Source: Lingula anatina (Eukaryota > Animalia > Brachiopoda). From it: a DNA stretch of 64,000 nt. Numbering within the stretch: the stretch's first letter is position 1; every line of letters begins with the position of its first letter. Of this stretch, positions 42,001 to 52,680 are shown one piece after another. Below the pieces are notes generated by a model. It saw nothing but the letters and a program-made list of their open reading frames with translations. It searched no databases and was not told the DNA's origin. The stretch is from positions 54,786,788 through 54,850,787 of the forward strand of contig CM120640.1 in assembly GCA_051362555.1 (NCBI GenBank), written 5' to 3'. A program made the translations under genes and the position numbers.

Positions 42001-45000
42001 AAAGGAATAGTAAGGGTGGCATTACCCCAAGCCCTTAGTAAAACATGTTACACCTCAAGTGTTAAAAGCCAGTGTAGTCCCACATTGAATACCAAAAGTA
42101 ACATGCTAGGGGTATTAAATCTGTACATCCCACACTAATGACTGGGGGAGGGGGGGGGGCATATTGCACCAGGTGTCAATTAACATGCTGGGGCCTATGT
42201 TTTTATGTTTAACATTTTACAGTGAGAAAGTTTCAAGCATTATTATTTTATTACCTTTAAGTCCTTCAAACTTTGTAATTTAAATTTATATAAAATTTTA
42301 TATAAAAATCAACTCTCTTTATAAGTAACCTCATTACTCTTTCACTAAGTATTTAACTACTGGAAATCAAATTTCACTCAAATTTTCATGAAATTTAATA
42401 CTATAGGAGATCCATTACAAGACTTGTATTTTTACAGGTTGCACTTTCTACAATATATACTAAACATCATGAACTTTACTCGGGAAACCATTGCATGTAA
42501 TAGAAATGTATTTCATTTATCACAAAATGATAAATATAGAAAGAAGTGGGACAAAAAAAGGTCAAAACACCAAGCCTGAGTCCAGAAATAATATGACTCA
42601 TTAAATTGCCCAAAACCTCTTATAAATTGACATCAATTAGGAATTAATGACTCACACATAAAAGCATGTCATTTCACGTAATTTCTGATCAATATAATGC
42701 TGGCTTCATAAAATTACAATAAACTACTGCATGTAGTAATTTGTGTAACTGCATCTTGTAAGAGAGAAGCAGACGACAAATGAGAAATCACTGGACGTAT
42801 GACATATGGGCCTCTGGGCTTCCTCAGCTTCCTCTTCCCCAAACTGATTGTTAGTTCTGTATGATTTTCAGTTCTATGTGGTTTTCAGACAGTAGTGCAG
42901 GTTTCACCTTGAGCATATAAACATTCAAACAAAATTGTCAATTTCCATCTTTTTTTTTTTTTTTTTTTTTTTTTGAGGGGGGGGGGGGATTATCAAAACA
43001 TGTTTTGTATGTGGTTATGCATTATTTACCTAATCTTATCCTTTGATTATTTGCTGGTTTCTATTTTTCTTGAATGTTTTTTGTAAATATACAATAGGAG
43101 TATATCTGAAACAAATATTTATTTTACGGCGGATAAAATTTTTCAAAAATCACTATACAAAATGTTGGGTTGCTGTATTATGAAAAAAACTGGAAATGGT
43201 AGGGTTCATCCTTTTTCATTTGCTAAGTAACCTGTTACCTATTTATCTCACCTTCATATCTGTCTCATCAATCATTTTTCAGATAACTGAAACCATCAAT
43301 TTCATATATTAGATCAAACACCAGAAACCTTTCAGTGTTGACCAACAGTTCATTCCAAAACGGTTAACATTATGATAAGTATGAAATATTCAGCACCTTT
43401 TACTTTCTTGTCAATAACTGTAAGAATCTATTACTGTAAGCCAATACGTTCTTGTTAACTTCCAATCCTGCAGGCTAGAAAGTATCAAATCACTTTGTGT
43501 TACCAAGGATCTAGTTGCTAAGAAGCTGGTGATGTGACTGCCACAGAGATCAATTTAATCCTGTCAAATCTTAGTTCCAACCTAATCAGAAATGTGATGC
43601 AATCTTCTCATCTCTGTCAAATTGAATATGATATTACCACCAATTTTAATTATGCAGAGTCATTATTGCTTATTGTATTTATTTAAGGCACTAAATAGTT
43701 CAAAAATGTTACCAAGCTTTCCCACTCACACTTTTGAAAGACAAACAAATTATCAATGCATAGAACCTGTACAAGAGGTAAGACCTCCCGGATGTTTTTT
43801 AATGATGTACCTTTAAAACTTTAACACAATGAAAAAAAACAAACTGCAGATTCACCATATGTGACTATATGCTCAACACACATTTCAACCAAGCTTTTAC
43901 TTCATGTTTATTGCTGTATTGTCATTTAGCTGGTTTAATATAGGTGTAATCCTTATTTCCCAAATCTTCATCCAAGGTTAAATGACCCTTGCACAATAAT
44001 TCATAAGAAATGCAGACATTGCGTAATTAATCTTCCCTGAGACAATCTTACCCTATATTGTTGCAAAATGTTTTAAAAAACACTAAATAATAGTAAAGAA
44101 TACAGTATTTATTGAGAATAACTCTGAACTCCTGTTACCTGATATCTTAATATCATGCCATGCTTGGCTTTAAAATTTTCTCAAAAACATTTTTGTATAT
44201 TTCTCATTATGTGATAGGCTCTTCTCTGTTCAATTTTTATGTCAGCTGTAAATTGATCCGCTAATAATCTGGTAATGTATCCCAATCGTTTCAACTTGAG
44301 TGAACAAACAAGCTAACATGAAAAAAGAAACCAAATCCCTTCGAAGCATTTCAGTTGAAAATGATTATCTATCGTATTATGAAGCCTAGCTTACAGAACA
44401 TGCACATCTAAAGTTAACCGGTTATTTTATTCCTAGACGAAACCTTATCCACACCCATTCAAACCACAGAATAGAACAGACTGAAGAATTCTTACACAAA
44501 TCACAGACTAAAAGTCACATCAGACCTTTCTATATCCCAACAGACTTTCATTGCTTACCTTTCATGTATGGTCAATTTTCCTGTGAAGGCAGGTTTGTTT
44601 CCTGCTTTGCTTTCCATTCCTCCTTCCTGTTCTGAATCTGGTGATGATGCAGCCTTAGAGGCAACCTTAGTTTTATCAACTTGTTCAATGCTGGGCATTG
44701 TAGAAGTCATTTCCACAACATAATCTTTTGGTATAGCTTCCTCTACTCCTTCCCCCTCCTGTTCTCCTTTACTCTGTGGAGGTACTGTTAAGTTCCTACT
44801 GTCACCTGACTCCTGATTAATTTCTTGCTCTAATTGTGATTTATGAGCTGGTGCCTCAGGCACTTTCTCATGTTTCTGAGGCTTTTTCTTGGAGTTTCTT
44901 CTGGATGGTGCAGGTTTTCTTGACTCTAAATCTAAATCTAAATCAACAGTATCACCTTCTTCAGTAGTTTTCAAATCTGTAACTTTATTAGACTGTGAAA

Positions 45001-48000
45001 GGTCTGGTATTTCTTCATCTACTGTTTTTGGCTTTTTCTCACTTTCATTTTGGTCAACCTGTTCATGAAGATTGCCTGCTGGGCTTACATAAGTTTCTGA
45101 ACGTAATGATGTTACACTACCAGAGATTTTTTCCTCTGATTCTCCTTTGTTATATGAATCCTCTGCCAATATTTCTGTCCTGTTCCCTCCTACACTAGTG
45201 GTAGACTCCCCTAAGGTGCTTTTGCCAACAGGTAGTGACCCTACTTCAATTTCATCCTGGCTGGACTTCTTATTAGAATTTTTCCTCCTGGGAGATGGAG
45301 TTGGTTTCCTTGACTCAGATTCAGGACTTAAATCATCACCCTCTGCTGACGTTTTCAATCTACTTCCTAGCAATGGGTCCGACTTTTTACTTTTAACATC
45401 TTTTTCTGCCTTTTCTATATTTTTCTCATTTTCGTTATCTTTATCTTTGGTCTGGTCAGGAGGCCTGACATAAGTTTCAGAGCGTAAAGATGTCACACTT
45501 CCAGAAACTTTATCCTTTTTATTTTCAACTTCAGCGACAATTTCTGTCTGTTTTCTTGAGACACTAGTGAAAAGTGTACTTTCCTTCTCATGCTGAGTCT
45601 TCCTCCTAGATGACAGTATACTAGGTGATCTGTCATCTTGTTGCATAATTCCCTGCTGATCGGGGTTGTTTACTCCCTCATTATTTTGAGTGCCACCAAA
45701 GTTTGGCACAGGGGAGCCACGGTTACTACGGTCACCATGTTGCAGGTCACTGTGTTCCCCGTTATTATCCTTAGCTCCTCCCCTTTTGTCTGTCGATGGG
45801 GATGATGAATTATTCATCCCTAATGTCATGCTTTCCAATACCAAACCTCAAATGATTTGCCAATCTCATACCCCACTACCCTATAAAAGGCAAGTGGTGA
45901 CAATTGGGCAAAAACATTACAATATATCTCTAAATACACCTTGGAGCAAAATAATCAGAAATTGACTTATAATGGATTTTAAATAACAATTCAGATTGAT
46001 TCTTCTGTGATTGATGCTATGGTCAATGCCTCAACTAAATCCTTTAAAAGTGTGTGCAAATATGAGGCACTGGCCAGTAGAAATTAATACTATTGTCCAG
46101 TAAAGAATGCCAGTGCTTAAAGTAAGGTAGCATGTAGGTGTATATATATGTTCCTGTTATTTAAGAATGTAATAACTTCATTCTGCCAGTAATCCTCCTA
46201 GAGTGACTGTGAAAAATGTCTGTGTGATATACCAGATCCTAACTAATCCCTATGTGCTTGCTACTTCAGCTTTCCACTCTTCTTGTTGATCTTTCACCTT
46301 TCCCCGCCAAACAGTTTTCCCTAGCAACTGTCAAAGTACTTTTTCTCAAACAAAGTAACCCAGGTAATTTGTCTTCAATTTCTGATGAAGCTCTCCAGGT
46401 AGCCAAGATGGCGTTACACTGACCAGGGTCAGTTGCCAAGTGTTACCCATCAAAATCACAACCCTGATGAGATTATTTGATGAAATAAAGGTAAAATAAT
46501 AAGCAGGAGCACGCACCTTTGATAATCACAATATTTTGTCACATCAGCGAACAATGACAAAGGGTGACGGTATTACCTGCATTGAGGGTAGGGGTCTGAA
46601 AACATTAATGAGTTTCTATTTTCTTCCATAGTCAAACCAAGCCAGGCATGATCATTTACAACAGAATAGTTGCAGAACACAAATACTACATTTTTGCTTC
46701 ACTGGAGGTAAAGGGGAGTAAACAAACAGCTGAACAAATCCTTGAATTACTACCCTATTTCTGTGTTATTGATGGAGAGGTCTAAGGGGGGGTTGCACAT
46801 ATAATGTAACAGTGTTTATTATTTACTTTAAAACCAATGCTTTTATCACGAAAGGCAAATTTATGGTTATTGCATATATCGTTGACATAACAAAGATCAA
46901 ATTAATTTTTTTGCATTTAACATAACAGACACAATTTTATGCTTTGATACTGAAGGTTATCTTGTTCCAGAGTGACTTTGGAACTTTCTCAATTACTTTT
47001 TTTCTTTGATGCAAAAAAATGTCAATCTATTAACAAGTATGGATGCATAAGATTTGCATCATAGTCAAAAATTAAATTCAGTTTTTCAAATTGATAATTT
47101 AAGTGCATCAACTAGTAATGTTGAATTTTTTTCATATAATTATATTTATCATGATACAGAAGACAAAAGTAACTAAAACAGTAGTTAAAAAAATAAATAA
47201 TTATATCAAATTGCCAATTGGTAATATACATTAATTTAACTTAAAAGGAACAGGTGGTTTCTCCTTCGAAGAAGGGTCGGTAGTTAGGGACTAGGAAGGG
47301 GCTTGCAATAGAGCCATAAAGTCAAGGTTCAAGCTGAAAAGCAATTGTCAAATTGTAAAAGATGTTCAGTGCAGCATACAAGTTAAATAGCAACCTTATG
47401 TGACGACTTCTGTCTCATTCACTCTAACCTTAATATATGAAATCTACATGGTCCATTAGAAAAACAAATAACTGACACCCATTACTTTCCACCCACAAGG
47501 TAAAACATGTTTATATAATCTCTGAAATGCCTGTCCAATGAAGGTATTGTCACAGAGGTAATACAATACACCTCATATTCTTTATGAAACTAATGGAGAT
47601 ACAATATGAGGACTGGCAAACATACCTTACTTTTATTCTCTAAAGGATCATTTGAAGTGCAATGGTATAAAGTTATTCCTTAAAATATTTCCCTGTAAAG
47701 TATTTCTCCTACTAAAATTCAGTATTTTTGTTTTAGATCATTAGGTGAAACATGTCTGTTTGGTTTTATCAAATGAGACGGGACTTAAACCATGAGTACA
47801 TTTAGCACCCTCTCTGGTGGTCCTAATAAAATCCATCTTTTTTATTAACAATAGTTGTCTTAAAATTGATATTTCTAGGCAAACTAAACATCAATTCTTA
47901 GCTTACAGCCATCAAAAATAGGCACAGGGTGAGTGGGGGCAGCATGTGATTTGCGTCACCTCATTCAAAGTTACCTGACTGTAATTACACCTTGCTGTAT

Positions 48001-49885
48001 ATTAGAGTAACATCTACTTAGTTTGAGCAAGGAAGTAGAAAAGCCTTCACCTAAGATGGCAGTAAGCTAACAAGTAAGCTTTTATTATGTTTTGTTAGTG
48101 TACAAATACCAAACATAGGACACTATATGTAACAAGCTGATTAATATTTTGCTATATGTTATCTCTTCTTTACCTACAGATTTCCACAAAAAGAAAAATA
48201 ATTTTTAAAATGAGGAAAAACTCAAATAAAATAAATTTATCTCATATCCTTCAAGCAAATAAAACTACAAATTCATCCATATGCACACCATAATTTTGGC
48301 CAAATGCACATGCAGAAGACTAAATGAAGGATTTTTGGTGTGACAAAAGTATAATTAACAAACTGTTTTGGTGTCCTTGATAATTTTCTGGTACTTTCTC
48401 CAGTACGTAAATCTCTAAGCTATAAAATATCCCAAGAAAATGCCCTTTAACAAAGCTAAGTGAAAAGATACATACATGTGTTTTATCAGTGTTAATTGTT
48501 TCATTATTTTAAAGGCATGTAACAAAATATAGGAATATATAAGAAAAGAAAAATATTTTGTTCAAGTTCTCTTAAATCCATGTGGATGCAATCTTGCTAT
48601 CTAGATGATATTGGTTTGACCAGAGATTCTGTCAGCATCTATAATTCCCTTTATGATTATTTTTTATTTCTCATGTAGCCATATCATTTTTTCCAGTATC
48701 TCCATGCATATCAAAACTTTCATCTTCATTTCCCTGTATAAAGGTTATTCTAACACATGATTGGCCTTTTTTAAACAACTGAGTATTTTATCCAAAATTG
48801 GGTAACTCATGATATATGAGAATTTTATTCCAAACAGTGATGCAAAACAAACTAGATTGGAAATATGCAAGTTTTTGATGCTCTTATAGCTTAAATCATT
48901 ATGCAAAAACAAATTCATTCATAATTCCCAAATTTAGCTCAACTGCTACACACACAGTTAGTGTGTCCATTGTGGTCAGTTGAGATTGCATTAGTGAAGA
49001 CCACAGACATGTTTTTACCATGTTTGAAAAACTGGCAAATCATCAATGCAGCCTTGAAGTTAAATATCAACTGAAAGTTTTCATTTTTTTATGAAAGTTA
49101 AAAATTTAAGACTATGTTAATAGTGACAGTATATCATGTGGAGTTGTCTGCTGCAATTCTTAATTATCATAGTTCCACATAGTAAACTAGCTTGTGTTCT
49201 TTAATTGTGCATAAGCACTTTGATCTCTATTTTTATTCTCTACTATATGTGTGTTAGCATGAAAAAATTATTAAGTTGTTGATGAGTGTGACCCTTATTT
49301 TAAGGAAATCAATAATTTTTCACACTAATTTCTTTCTTTCTCTCTCAAATAAAAAGAGCATTATTATTATTATTAGTTTGGTAAGTGTGGGAAATTTACA
49401 ATTGAACAAAGGGAAAAAACTAAATGCTTTTTCACTTATGCTCTGAAATCGCCATCATTTGTGGACCAGACATCCCCCCTCAAATTAAATTTACGCTAAA
49501 CATCATTATTAAAAAAAAAAAAAAAACTAGAAAAGCACTCCGAGTGCAGACCTCTGCCAAAGCAGCGTTTTTTTTTTTTATTATTATTGATTGATTATTG
49601 ATCCGGATCACCACCAAAAACAAATCACTTCTAAGTTAACCCATTTGCCATCTTCCCTGAAAATTTCATCAAAATCAGTCCATAACTTTTTGAGTTATGT
49701 TGATGACAAACAAACAAACAGACAGACAGACAGGGGTGAAAACATAACCTCCTTGGCGGAGGTAATGAATTTCGTCTATCAACTCTGTTAATGGGGTGTC
49801 GCCACTCGTTGATTTGGTCTGGTCTTAGAAACTATATATAAAAACGTAAACAATACTGCTAAGGCATTATTATTATTATTATTAA

Positions 49886-49920
<35 letters not shown>

Positions 49921-50412
49921 CCATAATCCCCAGTTTCCAAGGGTCTGCAAAATCACATTCACAATCCGGAAAAAAAATCTGAACTCAAATTCAAATGTAC
50001 CTACATATTAAAAGCCATCGGCATTATGCAGCGACCTCACTGCTCAAATGTCCAGACATAATCTAAAATATTGTTGAACTTTGCAGGGTTTGTTTTTGGC
50101 TCTCTTCACATCATGTTGGATGCTTACAAACCACACTGCCACAAGTTAGAATAAGCAATTCTCATTCTATCTCGAACATTGCGAGACTCGAAGCCAAGAC
50201 GAGACGAGTTTTTAACTACATTTTTTTGTATTTGTCATGTCTTTATTATAAAACAATATTTTGTGTTGTGTAATTTTTTTGCAATTGATGAAATAATAAT
50301 TCCTTTCCCCACTTTGGCATGAACACTGATGAATGACAGTAAGTTACCATCGTTTTTGAAAACTTGAATTTAACGTTAGAACCCCAATGGTTCTTGGAAG
50401 TCGTAACATCAT

Positions 50413-50445
<33 letters not shown>

Positions 50446-50484
50446 TAGAAAAGCACTCCGAGTGCAGACCTCCGAAAAGACAGC

Positions 50485-50523
<39 letters not shown>

Positions 50524-52180
50524 GATTGATTATTGATCCGGATCACCACCAAAAACAAATCACTTCTAAGTTAACCGGCCATTTGCCATCTACCCTGAAA
50601 ATTTCATCAAAATCGGTCCATAACTTTTTGAGTTATGTTGATGACAAACAAACAAACAGACGGACAGACAGGGGTGAAAACATAACCTCCGAGTCCTAAT
50701 AAAAGAAGACATTCCTATATGAAAAATGTAGGGTTCTTACCTCTGCCGTTAGCAGGCACGTAGCCAGCAATTTTAAAATAGGGTTATTTTTCTGAAAAGG
50801 GGGCCTTTTACCAAAGGGGTGTCCCGAGATAAAATTTTACCCAGAGTGGACCTTTTCCTGGCAAAAAAAAAGGGCGGACCCCCTCCTCCCCCTCCCGTGG
50901 TCATGTCGATACTCCCCCGCATCGATACGGCCCCGCACAGATAGATTCCCGCATCGATACATCCCATGTAAAATTGCCGTTTTGTGTGCGAAGCGTTACT
51001 CACCCACACCGATATTCCCCCGCATCGTGACGTAGCTTCCCCGCACCTTTACTCCCCTCGCTGCATCTTTACTCTCCCGCATTGATGCTCCCTCTATGAA
51101 ATGTTTTCATACATGTGTGTGTATTGGGGGCCACATTGTTACTCATCTATATTTAAAACACACCAAATAAATTTGCTAAATTTACTTTTTTTTAATGGAA
51201 AAACGGATTAGGTAGACCGCCTACTGGTGTGTTATGTTGAACATTTACATATTGACCGCAGGCAACCCCTTGATGATGTTGCTTTTATGCTTTTACGCAT
51301 ACACTTTGGATTTGACATACCCCTTTGAATAAACAGCAGTTTTTAAATCCCGACTGACCATAGAATTTAGTTTCTATGCTCATTAGGCCTAACCATAATA
51401 GATATTTTTTTTAATTAAATTTGTCTACCGACCATGTTTATATACAGTTGCCGCTTATTAGGCCTAATCAACTCATCAATTTTGTTTAGCCTAAGGCTAC
51501 GTAGATCTAATGTTGAAGAACGAAGTGAAGTATAAGGCCTACACTTTTCAAAAATCACAAAGCCGATATCCTGACGTGAAAGATCGACTATGTTGTAGGT
51601 TACAAATTAAAGAAGACCAATTAAAGTATTTGTTTCCTTATTTTTCTGCAATATTGCGAATAGAATGTGCCCTTTTGGGTCCCAAGAGGGTTGCGCACTT
51701 GTTAAAAAATCGTACAGAAAAGTTTTAAAACTAGAATTGTGTTTCTGGTATCGCATTTCAATGGGAATCTGTGCTGTAAAGATACAGGGGAGTAGGCCTA
51801 TCAATGCGGGACATATCGGTGCGGGGAAGTATCGGTGCGGGGACGTATAGCGATGTAACTCCCCCCCCCCCCCATTCTGAGTTTGTATCGCCCCCCACCT
51901 CCGTTCGGCTTGCAGCTGATATGCGCCGTCAGTAGATATGACTTGTATTTAGGCTTGCAGGTGCCATGCACGCTACCGGTGATCTAGAGTGTCAAAACAA
52001 CGTGTAGGCAACTACATGGTGGGGATTGGATAATATGAGATACGTCACCCTTAAATAGGCCAATACATATCTTTTCTTATACCTGTCATTAAAAAGCCAG
52101 GCTCCTTTTGAAGCTGTAAAGGATCCGTATGATACTCTTCTTGGTATCTTCATTTGTTCCTCGGTCTGGTCCATCTGCAT
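13781..52180 (-). CDS. KIF12: Kinesin-like protein KIF12 (kinesin-16 family), about 897 aa, 21 exons: 52083-52180, 39825-39917, 39093-39171, 38691-38812, 35503-35578, 30437-30583, 29988-30123, 24372-24527, 23226-23309, 21533-21651, 19930-20034, 19564-19644, 19097-19181, 18383-18545, 18069-18176, 17724-17844, 17257-17391, 16311-16489, 14338-14741, 14161-14214, 13781-13929
   Basis: Motor motifs in order: NVVVRVRP, P-loop [19 protein letters not shown], switch I NETSSRSH, switch [40 protein letters not shown]. Segments that resemble vertebrate KIF12 as recalled: [40 protein letters not shown]. Joined exons total 2694 nt, open to TAA. The first exon (MQMDQTEE...FNDR) is less certain than the rest. 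Confidence 0.9.
14831..16118. mobile_element. Non-autonomous Helentron/HINE-like element, copy 1
   Basis: Starts AACTAGAGGATCAG; subterminal inverted repeat ATTGTACCACCAGC (14867-14880) / GCTGGTGGTACAAT (16105-16118); terminal hairpin; GC-rich short repeats near the end; no TSD; highly similar to 57882-60074. Confidence 0.8.
15164..15372. mobile_element. Palindromic MITE nested in Helentron copy 1
   Basis: About 88-bp inverted arms TAGTCAGGCGGCTCAGTCCAAA...TTTGGACTGAGCCACCTGACTA; absent from copy 2. Confidence 0.85.
20960..21362. mobile_element. Old degenerate palindromic MITE in a KIF12 intron
   Basis: ttgccatttgtaacttggag...aattaatgact is a degenerate inverted copy of agtcattaattt...ccaagtcacaaaaagcaa; GGCC-like ends. 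Confidence 0.5.
24167..24237. repeat. (AT)n microsatellite, about 35 units
   Basis: Seen directly. Confidence 0.97.
25093..26905 (-). CDS. KIF12: Giant alternative KIF12 exon (604 codons, low-complexity/disordered) inside the motor-domain intron; joins exon 24372-24527 in frame
   Basis: Stop-free 1813 nt from ATG in very AT-rich DNA. Coding-like composition ends at a G|GTAAG donor (25092) in phase 1, the same phase as the normal upstream exon (GAA G|GTAAG at 29988). A TGTAG acceptor lies 1 nt before the ATG. Confidence 0.75.
30877..31049. mobile_element. Small CAGG-ended MITE; inverted sibling at about 50753-50897
   Basis: TIR CAGGCCAGTAGC / GCTACAGGCCT. The internal AAAAGGTCCACTCTGGGTAAAATTTTATCT recurs as its reverse complement at about 50826-50855. 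Confidence 0.7.
32622..34750. mobile_element. 2.1-kb non-autonomous DNA transposon, Kolobok-like
   Basis: Perfect 12-bp TIR GGCCGGTGATAG / CTATCACCGGCC; TTAA TSD (32618-32621, 34751-34754); purine-purine start, unlike the CC start of piggyBac; CpG-rich against a CpG-poor intron; no transposase ORF. Confidence 0.75.
35689..38528. mobile_element. Outer TIR element (TA or ATAT TSD) that contains the insertion at 36022-37707
   Basis: About 30-bp TIR TCTGCACGTCCACAATACTGGGTAACAACA / TGTTGTTAACCAGTATCGTGGACGTGCAGA, flanked by ATAT on both sides; internal 184-bp tandem repeat. Confidence 0.8.
36022..37707. mobile_element. 1.7-kb CA...TG non-autonomous DNA transposon with a 7-bp TSD (P-element-like)
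   Basis: 13-bp TIR CAGTGTATGAAAT / ATTTCATACACTG; TSD ATTAAAC (36015-36021, 37708-37714); subterminal GCCCG/CGGGC repeats; it splits the second copy of a 184-bp repeat. Confidence 0.8.
38569..38656. repeat. 45-bp tandem duplication, 2 copies
   Basis: TAACTGACAACACAATTAATCCACTTAAAT(A/C)TTTTCTTTAG occurs twice. Confidence 0.9.
44559..45829 (-). CDS. KIF12: Alternative long first coding exon of KIF12 (about 423 aa, charged/Ser-rich, disordered)
   Basis: 1271-nt ORF from ATG 45829 ends GAA AG|GTAAG (phase 2), matching the phase-2 acceptor of exon 39825-39917. An in-frame TGA lies just upstream of the ATG. Confidence 0.75.
46314..46447. promoter_or_regulatory. Putative internal RFX (X-box)/YY1 promoter upstream of the long KIF12 first exon
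   Basis: GTTTTCCCTAGCAAC (46314-46328), CAAGATGGCG (46404-46413) and GTTGCCAAG-TGTTAC (46432-46446) cluster about 500 bp upstream of ATG 45829. Confidence 0.45.
49525..49766. mobile_element. Short HINE/DINE-1-like non-autonomous Helentron, family 2, copy 1
   Basis: AACTAG start; subterminal IR ACCTCTGCCAA / TTGGCGGAGGT; (AAAC)n(AGAC)n microsatellite; terminal hairpin ACCTCCTTGGCGGAGGT. Confidence 0.8.
49866..49917. repeat. (ATT)n microsatellite
   Basis: Seen directly. Confidence 0.9.
50443..50691. mobile_element. HINE-like family 2, copy 2 (terminal hairpin truncated)
   Basis: Near-identical to 49525-49752. Confidence 0.8.
50898..51862. mobile_element. Foldback-like element with arms of about 15-bp subrepeats
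   Basis: Left arm has CCCGCATCGATA-type repeats (50905-51090); right arm has inverted TATCGGTGCGGG repeats (51800-51850). Confidence 0.6.
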
Positions 52181-52219
52181 GCTTCACTCATCGCCCAATG
52201 GTTTGAGTGAATCCTAAAT

Positions 52220-52680
52220 ATGATTATAATTTTAAATAATGTTAGAGTTACGACTGGTAAACAGGAGAAACTAAGGCAGTCTAATTTAGCCGGTGAATAG
52301 TATCACATTTTCACGGTGAATTTAAGACACGCGGCTAAGACGCACGCCTAAGACATCGCGAAAAACAGATAAAATAGCAGTCAACACAGAAAAATGTCCA
52401 TATTGAAACAACTTGGGGAAAAAATCTGCCATTTCATCATTCCTTCGTTGCCAGGGCCGTTGTAGGCCTACTTCTCGTGATATATCCAAATGCGAGGGTC
52501 CCACTGGGTGATTTCATTTCCCGTGAAAGCAACATTTTATTTCCCGAGATGTGAGTTCAACGCTCAGATTATTTAGCGTAATCCGTGTCTTCAGCAACCG
52601 ATTCCGGTGACTCGAAGTCATAGTACATGTATGTACTCGACAATTCGTGATTTTCAGCTCCTCGGACTCACATTTTCAAT
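52220..52680 (-). promoter_or_regulatory. CpG-rich probable main promoter of KIF12
   Basis: CpG density rises sharply just upstream of exon 52083-52180; RFX-like half-sites GTTGCCAG (52447) and AGCAAC. Confidence 0.4.

Noticed and set aside
43245-43530. Further KIF12 first exon (MIDETDMK|GTGAG) with nearby X-box half-sites
   Set aside because: The donor is phase 0 and would be out of frame with exon 39825-39917; at most a non-coding exon.
44995-45965. Plus-strand ORFs opposite the giant exons (also 25227-25412, 26208-26390, 7551-7799, 8895-9176)
   Set aside because: Antisense shadows of real minus-strand coding sequence.
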